64,000 bases of DNA from Gemmatimonadales bacterium UBA1120 (lineage in GTDB: Bacteria; Gemmatimonadota; Gemmatimonadetes; Longimicrobiales; Gaopeijiaceae), in the NCBI GenBank assembly GCA_002313925.1, contig DCAZ01000115.1, positions 25,028-89,027 of the forward strand, given 5' to 3'. Shown here in pieces: positions 18,662-28,799 of the stretch. Position 1 is the first letter of the stretch. Each line of letters opens with the position of its first letter. The notes under the pieces are model-generated. The model saw only the letters and a list, made by a program, of their open reading frames with translations, ran no database searches and had not been told where the DNA came from. The translations under genes were made by a program, and so were the position numbers.

Positions 18662-19636
18662 TTGAGTGCAATTCGTGACTTCATCGAAAGGCACTTCAGA
18701 CACTTCAACGCCAGGGAAGTCGTTGAAGCTGCTCGAGCCTATGAGACGCACCTAAAGGCGGGAGGAAAGATGCTCCTTGCTATGGCCGGCGCGATGTCAA
18801 CTGGGGAAATCGGGATCATCCTGGCACGTATGATTCGTGAGGGTAAAGTCCATGCGATCTCATGCACCGGCGCTAACCTTGAAGAGGACATTTTCAACCT
18901 CATATCGAACCGTGATTATGAGGTCATCCCCGCATGGCGAGATCTCTCTCCTGAGGATGAACGGGAACTACGCGACCGCGGGATGAACCGTGTTACAGAC
19001 ACGTGCATCCCCGAGAACGCTATGCGGCAAATTGAAGAACGCTTACTCGAATGTTGGCAACGAGCAGCCGCGGTAGGAGATCGCAGGATGCCCGTCGACT
19101 TTTTCTTTGAAATCCTTGATGACCCAACGTTAGCCGAGCACTATCAGATCGACCCTAACCACTCGTGGCTGCTAGCGGCGAAGGAAGCAGCTATTCCGGT
19201 CTATGTGCCCGGATGGGAAGACTCCACAATAGGCAATATGTTCACTGCCAATGTGATGATGGGCCACCTTCCCAATCATCTCTCCGTCAAGACTGGGACA
19301 GAGCAATTCCAAGCGCTGATGGAGTGGTATCAGAGTGAGCACAATTCTAGTGCGAGCGCATCTATCGGTTTTTTCCAGATCGGTGGTGGAATAGCGGGCG
19401 ACTTCGCAATCTGCGCAGTACCGTGCATCGTCCAAGACCTTAAGCACGAGGTCCCATGCTGGAGCTACCTATGTCAGATCACTGACGCCCAGCCATCCTT
19501 CGGGGGTTACTCTGGCGCACCTGCAAATGAAAAGATCACATGGGGCAAGATCGACTCGGATACACCAAGGTTCGAGATCAACTCTGATGCTTCAATTGTT
19601 GCCCCTCTGATTTTTGCATGGGTGCTTGGAGACTAA
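18662..19636 (+). CDS. deoxyhypusine synthase-like (DHS/homospermidine-synthase fold) protein
   Basis: 324 aa. FNAREVVEAARAYE...GGKMLLAMAGAMSTGEIG...HAISCTGANLEEDIFNL...ITWGKI resembles bacterial DHS-family proteins. TTG start with AAGGAG 7 nt upstream. Confidence 0.78.
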   Translation: MSAIRDFIERHFRHFNAREVVEAARAYETHLKAGGKMLLAMAGAMSTGEIGIILARMIREGKVHAISCTGANLEEDIFNLISNRDYEVIPAWRDLSPEDERELRDRGMNRVTDTCIPENAMRQIEERLLECWQRAAAVGDRRMPVDFFFEILDDPTLAEHYQIDPNHSWLLAAKEAAIPVYVPGWEDSTIGNMFTANVMMGHLPNHLSVKTGTEQFQALMEWYQSEHNSSASASIGFFQIGGGIAGDFAICAVPCIVQDLKHEVPCWSYLCQITDAQPSFGGYSGAPANEKITWGKIDSDTPRFEINSDASIVAPLIFAWVLGD

Positions 19637-19712
19637 AATTACGTTTCTCAGCAAGGGTACTTTCTCGGTCAGCAGTCTCGACGCTGATTTCGGCTGGAGA
19701 TAGTTTCGGTTC

Positions 19713-20393
19713 ATGATACCAAGCCCACTATCACGCTCTATCGAAGACTACCTTAAGGCGATTTACGACCTCTCTCGAGGGGAGGAACCGGCATCAACAA
19801 GCGCAATCGCTGAAACGCTAGACATCCAACCTGCTTCCGTAACTGGAATGGTTAAGCGTCTGGCGGAAATAGGGCTTCTAGAGCACGTACCATATCGGGG
19901 TGTTCGCCTTACCAAGGCAGGTCACCGTGAGGCCCTCAGGGTGCTGCGACGACATAGGGTCATTGAGGCTTACCTTTGCGAGCGGCTAGGGTATCCTTGG
20001 GATGATGTTCATGCCGAAGCTGAACGTCTGGAGCATGCTGCCTCGGATGATCTTGTCGAACGCATGGCAAGCGCTCTGGGCTATCCCAGCCATGACCCCC
20101 ATGGCGCCCCTATCCCCACAACAATGGGTGATATAGAGCATATGGATCTTGCGACGCTAGCCGATGCAGCTCCCGGAGCCAGATTGCGTATTCAGGCGGT
20201 TCGAGATGAGGAGGCGAAAGAGCTGAGAACGATGGCCGCCGACGGGCTTCTGCCAGGAGTCAATGTACTGGTTAATAAGGGGCAACAGGTCGAAGGTGTG
20301 GTCGACATTGTGGTAGGAGACAGCCAAGGACCATCCCTCGCGGTCAAAACTGAGTTAGCCAGACGAATCTATGTTGAACTCCAAGAGGAGTAA
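19713..20393 (+). CDS. DtxR/MntR-family metal-dependent transcriptional repressor with C-terminal FeoA/SH3-like domain
   Basis: SIEDYLKAIYDL...TSAIAETLDIQPASVTGMVKRLAEIGLLEHVPYRGVRLTKAGHREALRVLRRHRVIEAYL...HAEAERLEHA are the winged-helix and metal-site blocks of DtxR/IdeR/MntR. Confidence 0.88.
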   Translation: MIPSPLSRSIEDYLKAIYDLSRGEEPASTSAIAETLDIQPASVTGMVKRLAEIGLLEHVPYRGVRLTKAGHREALRVLRRHRVIEAYLCERLGYPWDDVHAEAERLEHAASDDLVERMASALGYPSHDPHGAPIPTTMGDIEHMDLATLADAAPGARLRIQAVRDEEAKELRTMAADGLLPGVNVLVNKGQQVEGVVDIVVGDSQGPSLAVKTELARRIYVELQEE

Positions 20394-20395
20394 GG

Positions 20396-21037
20396 TTGAG
20401 TGCACACCCAGTTATAGTTGGCATCGCAGGAGGTAGCGGCTCAGGTAAGTCAACGATTGTAGCAAAACTTGTGCGCCTGCTCGGTCTCGGTATCACAACC
20501 GTCATCCGCCACGACTGGTATTACCGCGACCTCTCTCATTTGGAGTTAGATGACAGGACTGAAGTAAACTTTGATCACCCATCAAGCCTTGAGACAGAAC
20601 TCCTGGTCAAGCACGTTATGACCTTGATCGCTGGAAACTCGGTAGATGCACCTTCCTACGATTTTGCCACACACACTCGATCTTCAGCCACGATACAATT
20701 AAAACCTTCTCAGGTCCTGATTCTGGATGGAATCCTCGCTCTCGCACATGAACAGCTTCGCGAGCTCATGGATATTTGCGTCTTCGTTGATACGGATGTC
20801 AAAAAGCGCCTGGAGAGGCGATTAGAACGCGACTCAGGTGAAAGGGAACGAAGCCCAGCGTCCGTGATTCAGCAATTCGAGAGTACCGTGTTGCCTATGC
20901 ATAACGAATTTGTCGAGCCGAGTCGGGAATATGCTGAGATAACGATATCCGGAGGTCACCAAGATTACGCGACTCTGAAGCAGCTAGCGTTCCGAGTTCA
21001 GGAACTCTTGGCCAAGCGCACTCTATCGACCAACTGA
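20396..21037 (+). CDS. udk: uridine kinase
   Basis: P-loop VGIAGGSGSGKST, then NFDHPSS, YDF..H and ILDGIL blocks. TTG start 2 nt after the dtxR-like stop, with GAGGAG upstream. Confidence 0.9.
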   Translation: MSAHPVIVGIAGGSGSGKSTIVAKLVRLLGLGITTVIRHDWYYRDLSHLELDDRTEVNFDHPSSLETELLVKHVMTLIAGNSVDAPSYDFATHTRSSATIQLKPSQVLILDGILALAHEQLRELMDICVFVDTDVKKRLERRLERDSGERERSPASVIQQFESTVLPMHNEFVEPSREYAEITISGGHQDYATLKQLAFRVQELLAKRTLSTN

Positions 21038-21045
21038 GCTTGCAC

Positions 21046-21984
21046 TCAAGAAGTTGGACAGGCTGGAAGTTCGTAGGCAGCTCCAGACGAATCTGGATCC
21101 ACGACCATTTCAAATGTCCGGGTTACGGTCGCACCAAAAACACCCGTACCATCTCCGGTCACACTCGGGATCGAGACCCTACCCGACGGATTGAAATTTC
21201 CACCGCGAGCCCAGTTTGCATAGTTGCGATTAGCCGCAGTAACGGTCACGGACGCCTGGGACCCTGGTGTGAGGCCCTTCTGTAGTTGAGCTGCTATTTC
21301 TGCATCTAGATCGAACCGTTGAAAGATCCCAAACTCCCTAGGGAACACGATTGTCGTATCACTGGCTGACAGCGATAACCCCAGGAGCCAGAGCGAGTCT
21401 GCTTCATTAGTGGAAGCCACAGTTCCTGAAAGGCTGCTTTCTAGACCGACAATTAGGGTTTCGCTTACATAAGCCCAGGTACCATTTGATCTAGACCATT
21501 GAACGGTGAGGGCTGTGTCCGGTGGCAGCAGGCACCGAGAGCCATCCTCAATGCCTGTCAGTGTAAATTCTCCTGGGATCGTTGTCGCACTGCGAAGGGT
21601 GCGGCCCTGAGTGAGTTCGATGGTTAATTCAAGCTGTTCACCCGGCTGAAACTCGTCAGCCGCTTGCTGCGAGGCCAAATAACACGTTCCCCTCGTACGG
21701 TTTTTAGGCCGCTCCTGGCGGCAAGCATCTTCGTCAGCCTCCTGCAGTTCAACGCTAGCTGTGCCTCCACGTGTAATGACAACACGGGCACCAGGAACTG
21801 AATAGCCAAGAGTACGATGTAAGAACGCCATAACTCGATTTCCACCGAGAAATGCTCCGCCTATTTGAACGTGAACCTCTGCTACAACCAGATCCTCCAA
21901 CTCAACAATCAGTGTTTCTTGGATGCTACAACCAGCTGAAGCCAAGACCAGCAGCAAGCTCAGTACAGTGCATTGACGTCTCAC
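21046..21984 (-). CDS. lipoprotein of unknown function, partner of the upstream TonB-dependent receptor (DUF4249-like by position)
   Basis: 312 aa. Lipoprotein signal LSLLLVLASAGCS. Its start abuts the receptor stop (shared nt 21984). The family assignment is by context only. Confidence 0.55.
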   Translation of the reverse strand: MRRQCTVLSLLLVLASAGCSIQETLIVELEDLVVAEVHVQIGGAFLGGNRVMAFLHRTLGYSVPGARVVITRGGTASVELQEADEDACRQERPKNRTRGTCYLASQQAADEFQPGEQLELTIELTQGRTLRSATTIPGEFTLTGIEDGSRCLLPPDTALTVQWSRSNGTWAYVSETLIVGLESSLSGTVASTNEADSLWLLGLSLSASDTTIVFPREFGIFQRFDLDAEIAAQLQKGLTPGSQASVTVTAANRNYANWARGGNFNPSGRVSIPSVTGDGTGVFGATVTRTFEMVVDPDSSGAAYELPACPTS

Positions 21985-24350
21985 TAGAACCGCACCTCAA
22001 AACCAAACGTAGGAAGGATTGGAAACATCGAGATTCCAGATCGTGTGGGAGGCCTTGCCCTGTAATCGAAGAAATAGAAGAGAACGTTCTTTCTATTGTA
22101 CACGTTCACGAGGTTTAGGTACGGGACTAGGCTACCCCAGGTCTTCTCGAAGGTCTTGCGGAAACTCAAGTCCAACCGGTGGTAGGGCGCATAGCGAGAT
22201 CCATTGCGCTCGCCGAGCACAACTGCGTTGCCATCCCTGTCGAGAAGTCCCTGCTCTCTAAGGAAATCAGGCAAGTAATACCGGTGTGCTCCAATCGGTC
22301 TCGTGTACGGAATTCCAGTACCGAAATTCCAGCGGAGTCCACCATCCCACCCACCCGGCAACGGATATCTGAGCACCAGGTCAAAATCGATCCTGCGGTC
22401 AAAGATTGGTGGGTAAGTAACGTCCGGTTGAGGGATGAATGGCGAATAGGTGTCGGGGAAAGTGCGGTCAGCCTTGAGAAAGGACAGCGCGACCCAACCA
22501 GTGACTGTACCGGCTTCTTTGCGGATGAGCAGATCAGCACCGTACGAGAGCCCCTCACCACCCAGAATGTCATCAAGCTCGTCGTTCGGATCGTCCGCAC
22601 CATTCACTGCGACAACCCCATCGAAGGTACGGGTGTAGCCCTCCAGTGCCCAAAACCAGTCCTGACCGACATAACCTTCGATACCGAGTTGTAGCTGGTC
22701 TGACACTACTGGGGGAGCACGGTCTCCGGCGACAACCCAAACATCCAATCCAATGGGCAAATCCTCATCTCGCAGCGAATGCAAGAATTGTGTGTACCTG
22801 CCCGCAGCTAACTTAAGAGCAGTGTTCCCATCATTGAAGAAACGCTTCAGGGCAACCCGGGGTGCGATTTCCATGATCGGATCACCCTGATTCGGGCGCC
22901 ATAGATCCAAACGAGTCCCTGCTTCGAATACCCACTCACGTGGCCGTGACCATGAAGCCTGTGCGTAGGATCCAGTCAGCAAACCTGAGCCAATTCCGCC
23001 ACCGAACTGGCTACCACCGGTTTCGAGAAGATTATCGTATCCCATCCACTCTACTGACCCTCCGACCTTAGCTTGGAGGGCCGGCGAAGGACGGGTATCC
23101 AGGTCAACCCTGAATTGGCGCTGGTTGATCACGCTTCTGAAATTTGTATCCGCGAAATCCGGTAAGCCTAGCTTGCTCCCGTAACGGCTAAGATTTGCCC
23201 GCACGTCGAGTGAACCTCCTCCACGTCTGGCACGAGTCCACCGCAGGCCGACCACGTCGTTACCCCAATCCCAATTGATCCGTAGCGGGAAATCTTCGAG
23301 TTCGAGACGAGTCAGATCGACCACGTCATCACCTGTATACGCAGTCAACACAAGGCGATCACCCGAGTGCGTCCACCCCTCAACTACAGCCTGAAAATCT
23401 GTGAGATGGTAGGGGAATTCAAACACGGGTTTGAGCAGCACATCGAAGTATGAACGCCGGACCGACGCTCGCCACTTCAGGTCAGCTAGCCCAAGAGAAT
23501 TGAGGATCTGTGAAGATGCCCCACCACCCACGGCAACTCGACTTGCAAGCAGAGAGATTCCTGCATCTACACCAAACTCTCCGTCACCAGGGTCACTCTC
23601 TATCTGGAGCACGGACGAGACTCGACCTCCGTGTTCTGCAGAAAATCCACCTGATTGGAGTTCCGCTCGATCAAGCATGTCCGCATTGAATACCGAGAAC
23701 AAACCACCGAGGTGAAACGGGCTGAAGATCGGCACACCGTCCAAGAGAATCAGGTTTTGATCCTGCGATCCCCCTCGTACATGGAACGCAGCCGAAAAAT
23801 CTGAGGTCGAGACAACACCAGGGAGGACTTCGACTGCTCGAATGGGGTCGGCCTCTGCCACCCCCGGAATCTGTTTGAGATCGGATAGGCCAATCTCACG
23901 AACCGTCGCGCCACCAGTTTCCTCAAAACGGATCCTTTCTCTGCTTCTTTCGGCCTCGACCGCCAAGCCTTCGAGTTGGATCGCTTGACGTTCAACACGA
24001 ACGTAAAACTCAAGAGTCTCGTCGCCAGTCAGAGCAACGTCCTCGGTCAACTCAGCGTACCCGAACGCCCTGAAGCTTAAGCGGTATGAGCCCGCGAGCA
24101 CCCCCGTGAGTCGGAATGATCCGAGACGGTCAGTATCCGTAATACCAATCAGGGTTGTATCAGATAGCAGTCGGACGACTGCGCCAAACACTGCCGCACC
24201 CTGCTGGTCACGCACCCGACCCTGGATCGTCCCTTCCTGAGCGTCCAACCTTACCGTGAAGCTACAGGACACAAGAACGACCAGAAGGATCAGCCGCGAC
24301 ACCAAATGAGAAGGGTTCAAATCCGCTTTATCTCGAGTTTCAGCAAGCAT
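21984..24350 (-). CDS. TonB-dependent outer-membrane receptor with carboxypeptidase-regulatory-like N-terminal domain
   Basis: 788 aa. N-terminal GTIQGRVRDQQGAAVFGAVVRL...GSYRLSFRAFGY (CarboxypepD_reg-like). Plug-domain region QIPGVAEADPIRAVEVLPGV...RGGSQDQNLILLDGVPIF. The long beta-barrel ends in the aromatic terminus FGFEVRF. Confidence 0.88.
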   Translation of the reverse strand: MLAETRDKADLNPSHLVSRLILLVVLVSCSFTVRLDAQEGTIQGRVRDQQGAAVFGAVVRLLSDTTLIGITDTDRLGSFRLTGVLAGSYRLSFRAFGYAELTEDVALTGDETLEFYVRVERQAIQLEGLAVEAERSRERIRFEETGGATVREIGLSDLKQIPGVAEADPIRAVEVLPGVVSTSDFSAAFHVRGGSQDQNLILLDGVPIFSPFHLGGLFSVFNADMLDRAELQSGGFSAEHGGRVSSVLQIESDPGDGEFGVDAGISLLASRVAVGGGASSQILNSLGLADLKWRASVRRSYFDVLLKPVFEFPYHLTDFQAVVEGWTHSGDRLVLTAYTGDDVVDLTRLELEDFPLRINWDWGNDVVGLRWTRARRGGGSLDVRANLSRYGSKLGLPDFADTNFRSVINQRQFRVDLDTRPSPALQAKVGGSVEWMGYDNLLETGGSQFGGGIGSGLLTGSYAQASWSRPREWVFEAGTRLDLWRPNQGDPIMEIAPRVALKRFFNDGNTALKLAAGRYTQFLHSLRDEDLPIGLDVWVVAGDRAPPVVSDQLQLGIEGYVGQDWFWALEGYTRTFDGVVAVNGADDPNDELDDILGGEGLSYGADLLIRKEAGTVTGWVALSFLKADRTFPDTYSPFIPQPDVTYPPIFDRRIDFDLVLRYPLPGGWDGGLRWNFGTGIPYTRPIGAHRYYLPDFLREQGLLDRDGNAVVLGERNGSRYAPYHRLDLSFRKTFEKTWGSLVPYLNLVNVYNRKNVLFYFFDYRARPPTRSGISMFPILPTFGFEVRF

Positions 24351-24576
24351 CTTTTTACTAAGTAACGATCGCTGGTACAGTTAAGATGCCATAGTGTTCA
24401 CTCCGACCTGATATGATCGTGCTCAGTTCCAGCAAGGTGGAATCCCGGGGAATGTCTCAGGAAACGCTCATCCTCACAGAAACGCTTAAAACGCTAGTAA
24501 TTCGTACTAGGCGAAGGGGTGTGTCATAGCTTCTTCTACCGCACTCACCAGGCTTTCGGAATGGTCACGACTCAAG

Positions 24577-25524
24577 TTGGCGAACCTGCCGACGCCAATC
24601 CGTCCGCTCGCTCGCCTGGCCGAAGCACTCGGAAGTCCAGCACTTGATCTCCTCGTGAAGCTCGATTCCGAAACTGGTTTCGGCCTCGGTGGCAATAAAG
24701 TGCGTAAGCTGGAATTTGAACTGGCCCCTGACAGACTTGAGGGTATCACTTGCCTCATCACTGCCGGTGGTCCCCAGTCCAACCACTGCCGTGTTACTGC
24801 TGCTGCCGCAGCTCGACTCGGCCTCCGTTGTGTTCTCATTGTCAACGGCCCGGAGCCGGAAACCCCAACAGGGAACGCGCTGTTACATAGGCTTTTCGGC
24901 GCCGAGATCGTGACAGTGCCTGAGCGCCAAGATCGCTCAACACAACTCCAAAGCACCGCGGTGGACATCGAGTTGGAAGGCGGGCATCCTCTAGTGATAC
25001 CGATCGGTGCTTCGACGGGGCTTGGAAGTCTTGGTTATGCCGCCGCGTCCATCGAACTCTTCAAGCAACTTACCAATCAAAAACCTCCTCCTGAAAGAAC
25101 CGTTGTGTTTGTTGCCAGTTCTTCGTGTGGTACCCTGGCTGGTCTACTGCTCGGCATTTCTCTTCTCAAGCTGAATCACGTGTTGTTGGTGGGGGTAAGT
25201 GCCGATATGAGCGCGACCGAGATTGAGGAGCGTACCAAACAGATCGCATGTGAAGGTGCTGACCTCCTCAGGTGGAACGGTCCTTTATTAATGGACAGTA
25301 TCAAAACAATCGATGACCAGGTGGGAGGCGGATACGGCTTATCGACAGCGGCTTCACATGAGGCGCTCCGTATGTTCGCACTCCATGAGGGCCTCGTACT
25401 CGATCCCACCTATACAGCCAAGGCAGCTGCCGGACTAATCTCTTGGGTTCGCACCGGTATGGTTTCAGATCTCGACCGGGTGGTGTTCCTACATACCGGT
25501 GGGCACCCCGGTCTATTCACCTAA
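24577..25524 (+). CDS. PLP-dependent ACC deaminase / D-cysteine desulfhydrase family enzyme
   Basis: LPTPIRPL...LLVKLDSETGFGLGGNKVRKLEFEL...TAGGPQSNHCR...FLHTGG are the family blocks, including the PLP lysine in GGNKVRKLE. TTG start. Confidence 0.85.
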   Translation: MANLPTPIRPLARLAEALGSPALDLLVKLDSETGFGLGGNKVRKLEFELAPDRLEGITCLITAGGPQSNHCRVTAAAAARLGLRCVLIVNGPEPETPTGNALLHRLFGAEIVTVPERQDRSTQLQSTAVDIELEGGHPLVIPIGASTGLGSLGYAAASIELFKQLTNQKPPPERTVVFVASSSCGTLAGLLLGISLLKLNHVLLVGVSADMSATEIEERTKQIACEGADLLRWNGPLLMDSIKTIDDQVGGGYGLSTAASHEALRMFALHEGLVLDPTYTAKAAAGLISWVRTGMVSDLDRVVFLHTGGHPGLFT

Positions 25525-25532
25525 AGAACTAG

Positions 25533-26969
25533 TCAGTCGCGGCTACCGTTGAACTGATCAAGAGCACCTAGATCCGGATATCCAATCGGGTACATCTCCT
25601 GGATTCGGGCGCAGAGCCCTAGGACCTTTTCCTCTCCTGCAGGTGGCCCGACGATCTGTAATCCGACGGGAAGGCCCTCGTCGTCGAACCCGCAGGGGAC
25701 TGACGCAATCGGGAGACCCGTGAGGCTCAGCGTGAACGTTGGAGCAAACCAGTCCACATAGGTTTTCATGGGTCGCCCTGCTATCGACTCGGGATAATTT
25801 TGCTCAACCGGGAAGGGTGAAACTGCCATCGAGGGGGTGAGCAGAAAGTCATAACGCTCGAAGAAATGCCTGAAGAACATCCAAATCCGGTCCCTAACAC
25901 CATGCGCCCAAGCAATTTGTTCACTTGTTACCCTGAGGCCGGCCTCGACGTTACCACGGACGTTGTCGCCTAGTTCTTCGATACGATCCATAAGGCCTCG
26001 CATATGCGTGACCATCCAGACTCCACGCAGGTGTAAGAATGCCTTCCTCGCGTCTGAAAGATCCACTTCAATCGGCCCAACATCAGCTCCGCCTATTTCT
26101 AGGCCCAAGGCAGCAGAGCGGCATACTTCTGCGATCCCTGGATCAATTCCTAGGCCAGCCACGTCAGGACAGTACCCGAGGCGAAGTCCATCCGTCTGGA
26201 GATCTCGTATACCGCAACTGAAATCTCGTCCTTGTATCGACTGACTCCTCGGAGAACGCGGGTCGGACCCTGCCATTACCTGAAGGGCTAGTGCCACATC
26301 TTCGGCAGTTCGAGCCATCGGTCCGCTAACTGACAATTCATCCCAGAGCCATTCAGTCGGGTGTGTCGGTACTAGGCCCGGTGAAGGACGGAGTCCAACA
26401 AGGCCGCAGAAAGACGCTGGAATTCTCAGCGATCCGCCGAGATCACTCCCCTCAGCAATCGCGATCATACCACTCGAGAGTGCAGAAGCCCCACCGCCTG
26501 TCGAGCCTCCCGAGGTACGCTCCGGATTCCAGGGGTTACGAGTACGGCCAAATACCTCGTTAAATGTGCTGGCCCCTGCCCCGAACTCTGGCGTGTTGGT
26601 CTTTCCAATGATAATCGCGCCTTCACTGCGAAGGCGCTGCACTACCATTGCATCCTCTGTGGGAATGTGATCTGAAAATATCGGTGAGCCGTATGTGGTC
26701 CGTAGGCCCGCTACCGGCGTTAAATCCTTGATACCGACAGGGACACCACAAAGCACTTGCTCGCCCGGGGCGGATTTTATTGACGCCTCCAGCGCACTAG
26801 CGTCTTCAATCGCCTGTTCATTCAGTGTAACAACGGCATTAAGGGTTGGATTGTAACGTTCTATGCGGTCTAATGAGGCTTCGACGACTTCCACTGGAGA
26901 GATCTGGCGTGCCTTCACGAGTGCCACAATATCGGTGGCAGAAAGCGCGGCAAGGTCCCCTAGGGTCAT
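25533..26969 (-). CDS. amidase (amidase-signature family)
   Basis: 478 aa. GVPVGIKDL and the AS signature GGSTGGGASALSSGMIAIAEGSDLGGSLRIPASFCGLVGLRPS. Confidence 0.88.
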   Translation of the reverse strand: MTLGDLAALSATDIVALVKARQISPVEVVEASLDRIERYNPTLNAVVTLNEQAIEDASALEASIKSAPGEQVLCGVPVGIKDLTPVAGLRTTYGSPIFSDHIPTEDAMVVQRLRSEGAIIIGKTNTPEFGAGASTFNEVFGRTRNPWNPERTSGGSTGGGASALSSGMIAIAEGSDLGGSLRIPASFCGLVGLRPSPGLVPTHPTEWLWDELSVSGPMARTAEDVALALQVMAGSDPRSPRSQSIQGRDFSCGIRDLQTDGLRLGYCPDVAGLGIDPGIAEVCRSAALGLEIGGADVGPIEVDLSDARKAFLHLRGVWMVTHMRGLMDRIEELGDNVRGNVEAGLRVTSEQIAWAHGVRDRIWMFFRHFFERYDFLLTPSMAVSPFPVEQNYPESIAGRPMKTYVDWFAPTFTLSLTGLPIASVPCGFDDEGLPVGLQIVGPPAGEEKVLGLCARIQEMYPIGYPDLGALDQFNGSRD

Positions 26970-27141
26970 GTCAAAACTCCGTTTCTTCAGGACCGTCAGT
27001 GATCGACCATAAAGCCTAATTCAAAATAAATCTTACGAGCTGGCCAGACTCGTGACCCGCTAAATAAGAGGCCCACAATACTTCATCCCCAAGCGACCTA
27101 AGACGTCCTTAGGCCTTATCACATCTCCAGGCTGATCGGTC

Positions 27142-28626
27142 TTATTTGACTCCACCCATCAGTCTCTTCACCTGCGGACTCACAATTATTGCGAAGATCC
27201 CAACTCCAGCCGATATCATTGCAACCGTGCGGAAGAGTTCAGCAGAAGCCATCGTCGCGAGTTGGCCTGCCATAAGACCAGCAAACAAGTTTCCGAGTGC
27301 GGCCCCCACAAACCATATGCCCATCATCTGACCGACTCTTCTTTCAGGAGAGAGTTTTGTGATTGCAGAAAGTCCGATGGGAGAAATGCAGAGTTCTCCA
27401 ACTGTATGAAAGAAATAAGTGACTACAAGCCACGCTGGCGATACAAGATTATCAGGGGACGAGTTGGCTGCACCCCAAGCAATAACAAAGAAACCAACCG
27501 CAAGGCCCAATAGGCCCAAGCCGGCTTTCATTGGAAGAGACGGATTCTTCTGACGGCCTTCTAGCCAGACCCAGGCCATGCCGAAGACAGGCGCCAGTAT
27601 GATGATAAAGAGGGCATTTATTGATTGTAGCTGTGAAGCCTGAATTTCTAGGGCACCATTGAACAAACTTAGGTTCGTCAAGTCACGAGCGAACAGGTTC
27701 AGCGAAGTCCCTGCTTGCTCGAAGCCGGACCAAAAGACAGCAATCAGTAAGAAGAGCCAAAAGATGACACCCATCCTTTTGTTCTCTTCCACCGTATGCC
27801 CCCCCGCGGTCCATACGTATATGAAATAACCGGCGACCAATAGCAGCACCGAATAGCCCAAATAAGTCGCGATCTGCGTGAGTGTAAGGGAAAGGATGCC
27901 AGCTGAGACCATATAGCTGAACACCATGACCGTAGCGACCGCAGCAAAGAAGACACTGAAGAATGTGCGGGACTTAGCGGCAACCTGCTCCGGTGTGTCC
28001 CCGGTCTTGAGAAGACCGATATTCCCCATGTGTTTCATTCCGGCTCGATACTGGATGAGCCCTAGAATCATGCCGACTCCCGCAGCGCCGAAGCCGTAGT
28101 GCCAATTTATCCCCTCCCCCAAATACCCAGTAATCAGGGGACCGAAAAAGGCACCAAGGTTGATCCCCATGTAGTAAATGGAGAAACCAGCATCACGGCG
28201 TGCGCCACCTTCAGGGTAGAGTTCACCGACAATCGTGCTGACGTTGGGCTTAAGAAGACCTGTCCCAAAGATGATGAATACGAGCCCTAGAAAGAACGTG
28301 ATATTTGAAGGAACGGCCATCGTGAAGTGGCCGGCTGCGATAATCCAGCCACCTACCCAAATGGCCTTGCGCTGACCCCACAGGTTATCCGCAATCCAGC
28401 CACCAGGCAGCGCTAGGATATATACGAGGCTCGTATATAGGCCGTAGATCGCACCTGCAGTCGCTACGTCATAACCGAGACCGGGATTGGTTTCGATCGT
28501 AGCAGTTGTCATGAACAGTGTTAGCAGAGCACGCATCCCATAGTATGAGAAGCGCTCCCACATCTCGGTGAAGAAGAGCGTGGAAAGCCCTATTGGGTGA
28601 CCGAAGAAGGTCCTAGAGGTCGTCAC
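27142..28626 (-). CDS. proton-dependent oligopeptide transporter (POT/PTR2 family, DtpT-like)
   Basis: 494 aa. FFGHPIGLSTLFFTEMWERFSYYGMRALL contains the ExxERFxYYG POT motif. About 12-14 TM segments. Confidence 0.9.
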   Translation of the reverse strand: MTTSRTFFGHPIGLSTLFFTEMWERFSYYGMRALLTLFMTTATIETNPGLGYDVATAGAIYGLYTSLVYILALPGGWIADNLWGQRKAIWVGGWIIAAGHFTMAVPSNITFFLGLVFIIFGTGLLKPNVSTIVGELYPEGGARRDAGFSIYYMGINLGAFFGPLITGYLGEGINWHYGFGAAGVGMILGLIQYRAGMKHMGNIGLLKTGDTPEQVAAKSRTFFSVFFAAVATVMVFSYMVSAGILSLTLTQIATYLGYSVLLLVAGYFIYVWTAGGHTVEENKRMGVIFWLFLLIAVFWSGFEQAGTSLNLFARDLTNLSLFNGALEIQASQLQSINALFIIILAPVFGMAWVWLEGRQKNPSLPMKAGLGLLGLAVGFFVIAWGAANSSPDNLVSPAWLVVTYFFHTVGELCISPIGLSAITKLSPERRVGQMMGIWFVGAALGNLFAGLMAGQLATMASAELFRTVAMISAGVGIFAIIVSPQVKRLMGGVK

Positions 28627-28799
28627 GTTGTTGAGCTCCTGTTTACGGCCCCCCTGAAAGGCCCGTTCAGAGGTTTCGCTTTATGCCAAGGCATACTCAT
28701 AGATCGAAAGGGTACGTCGGGAATAAGAATGGCGCACGCAAGCCAAGCACGAAGTTCAAGCGGGACTCGCCCAGAGAGCTCCCGCAAGTCTGTCTCCCA

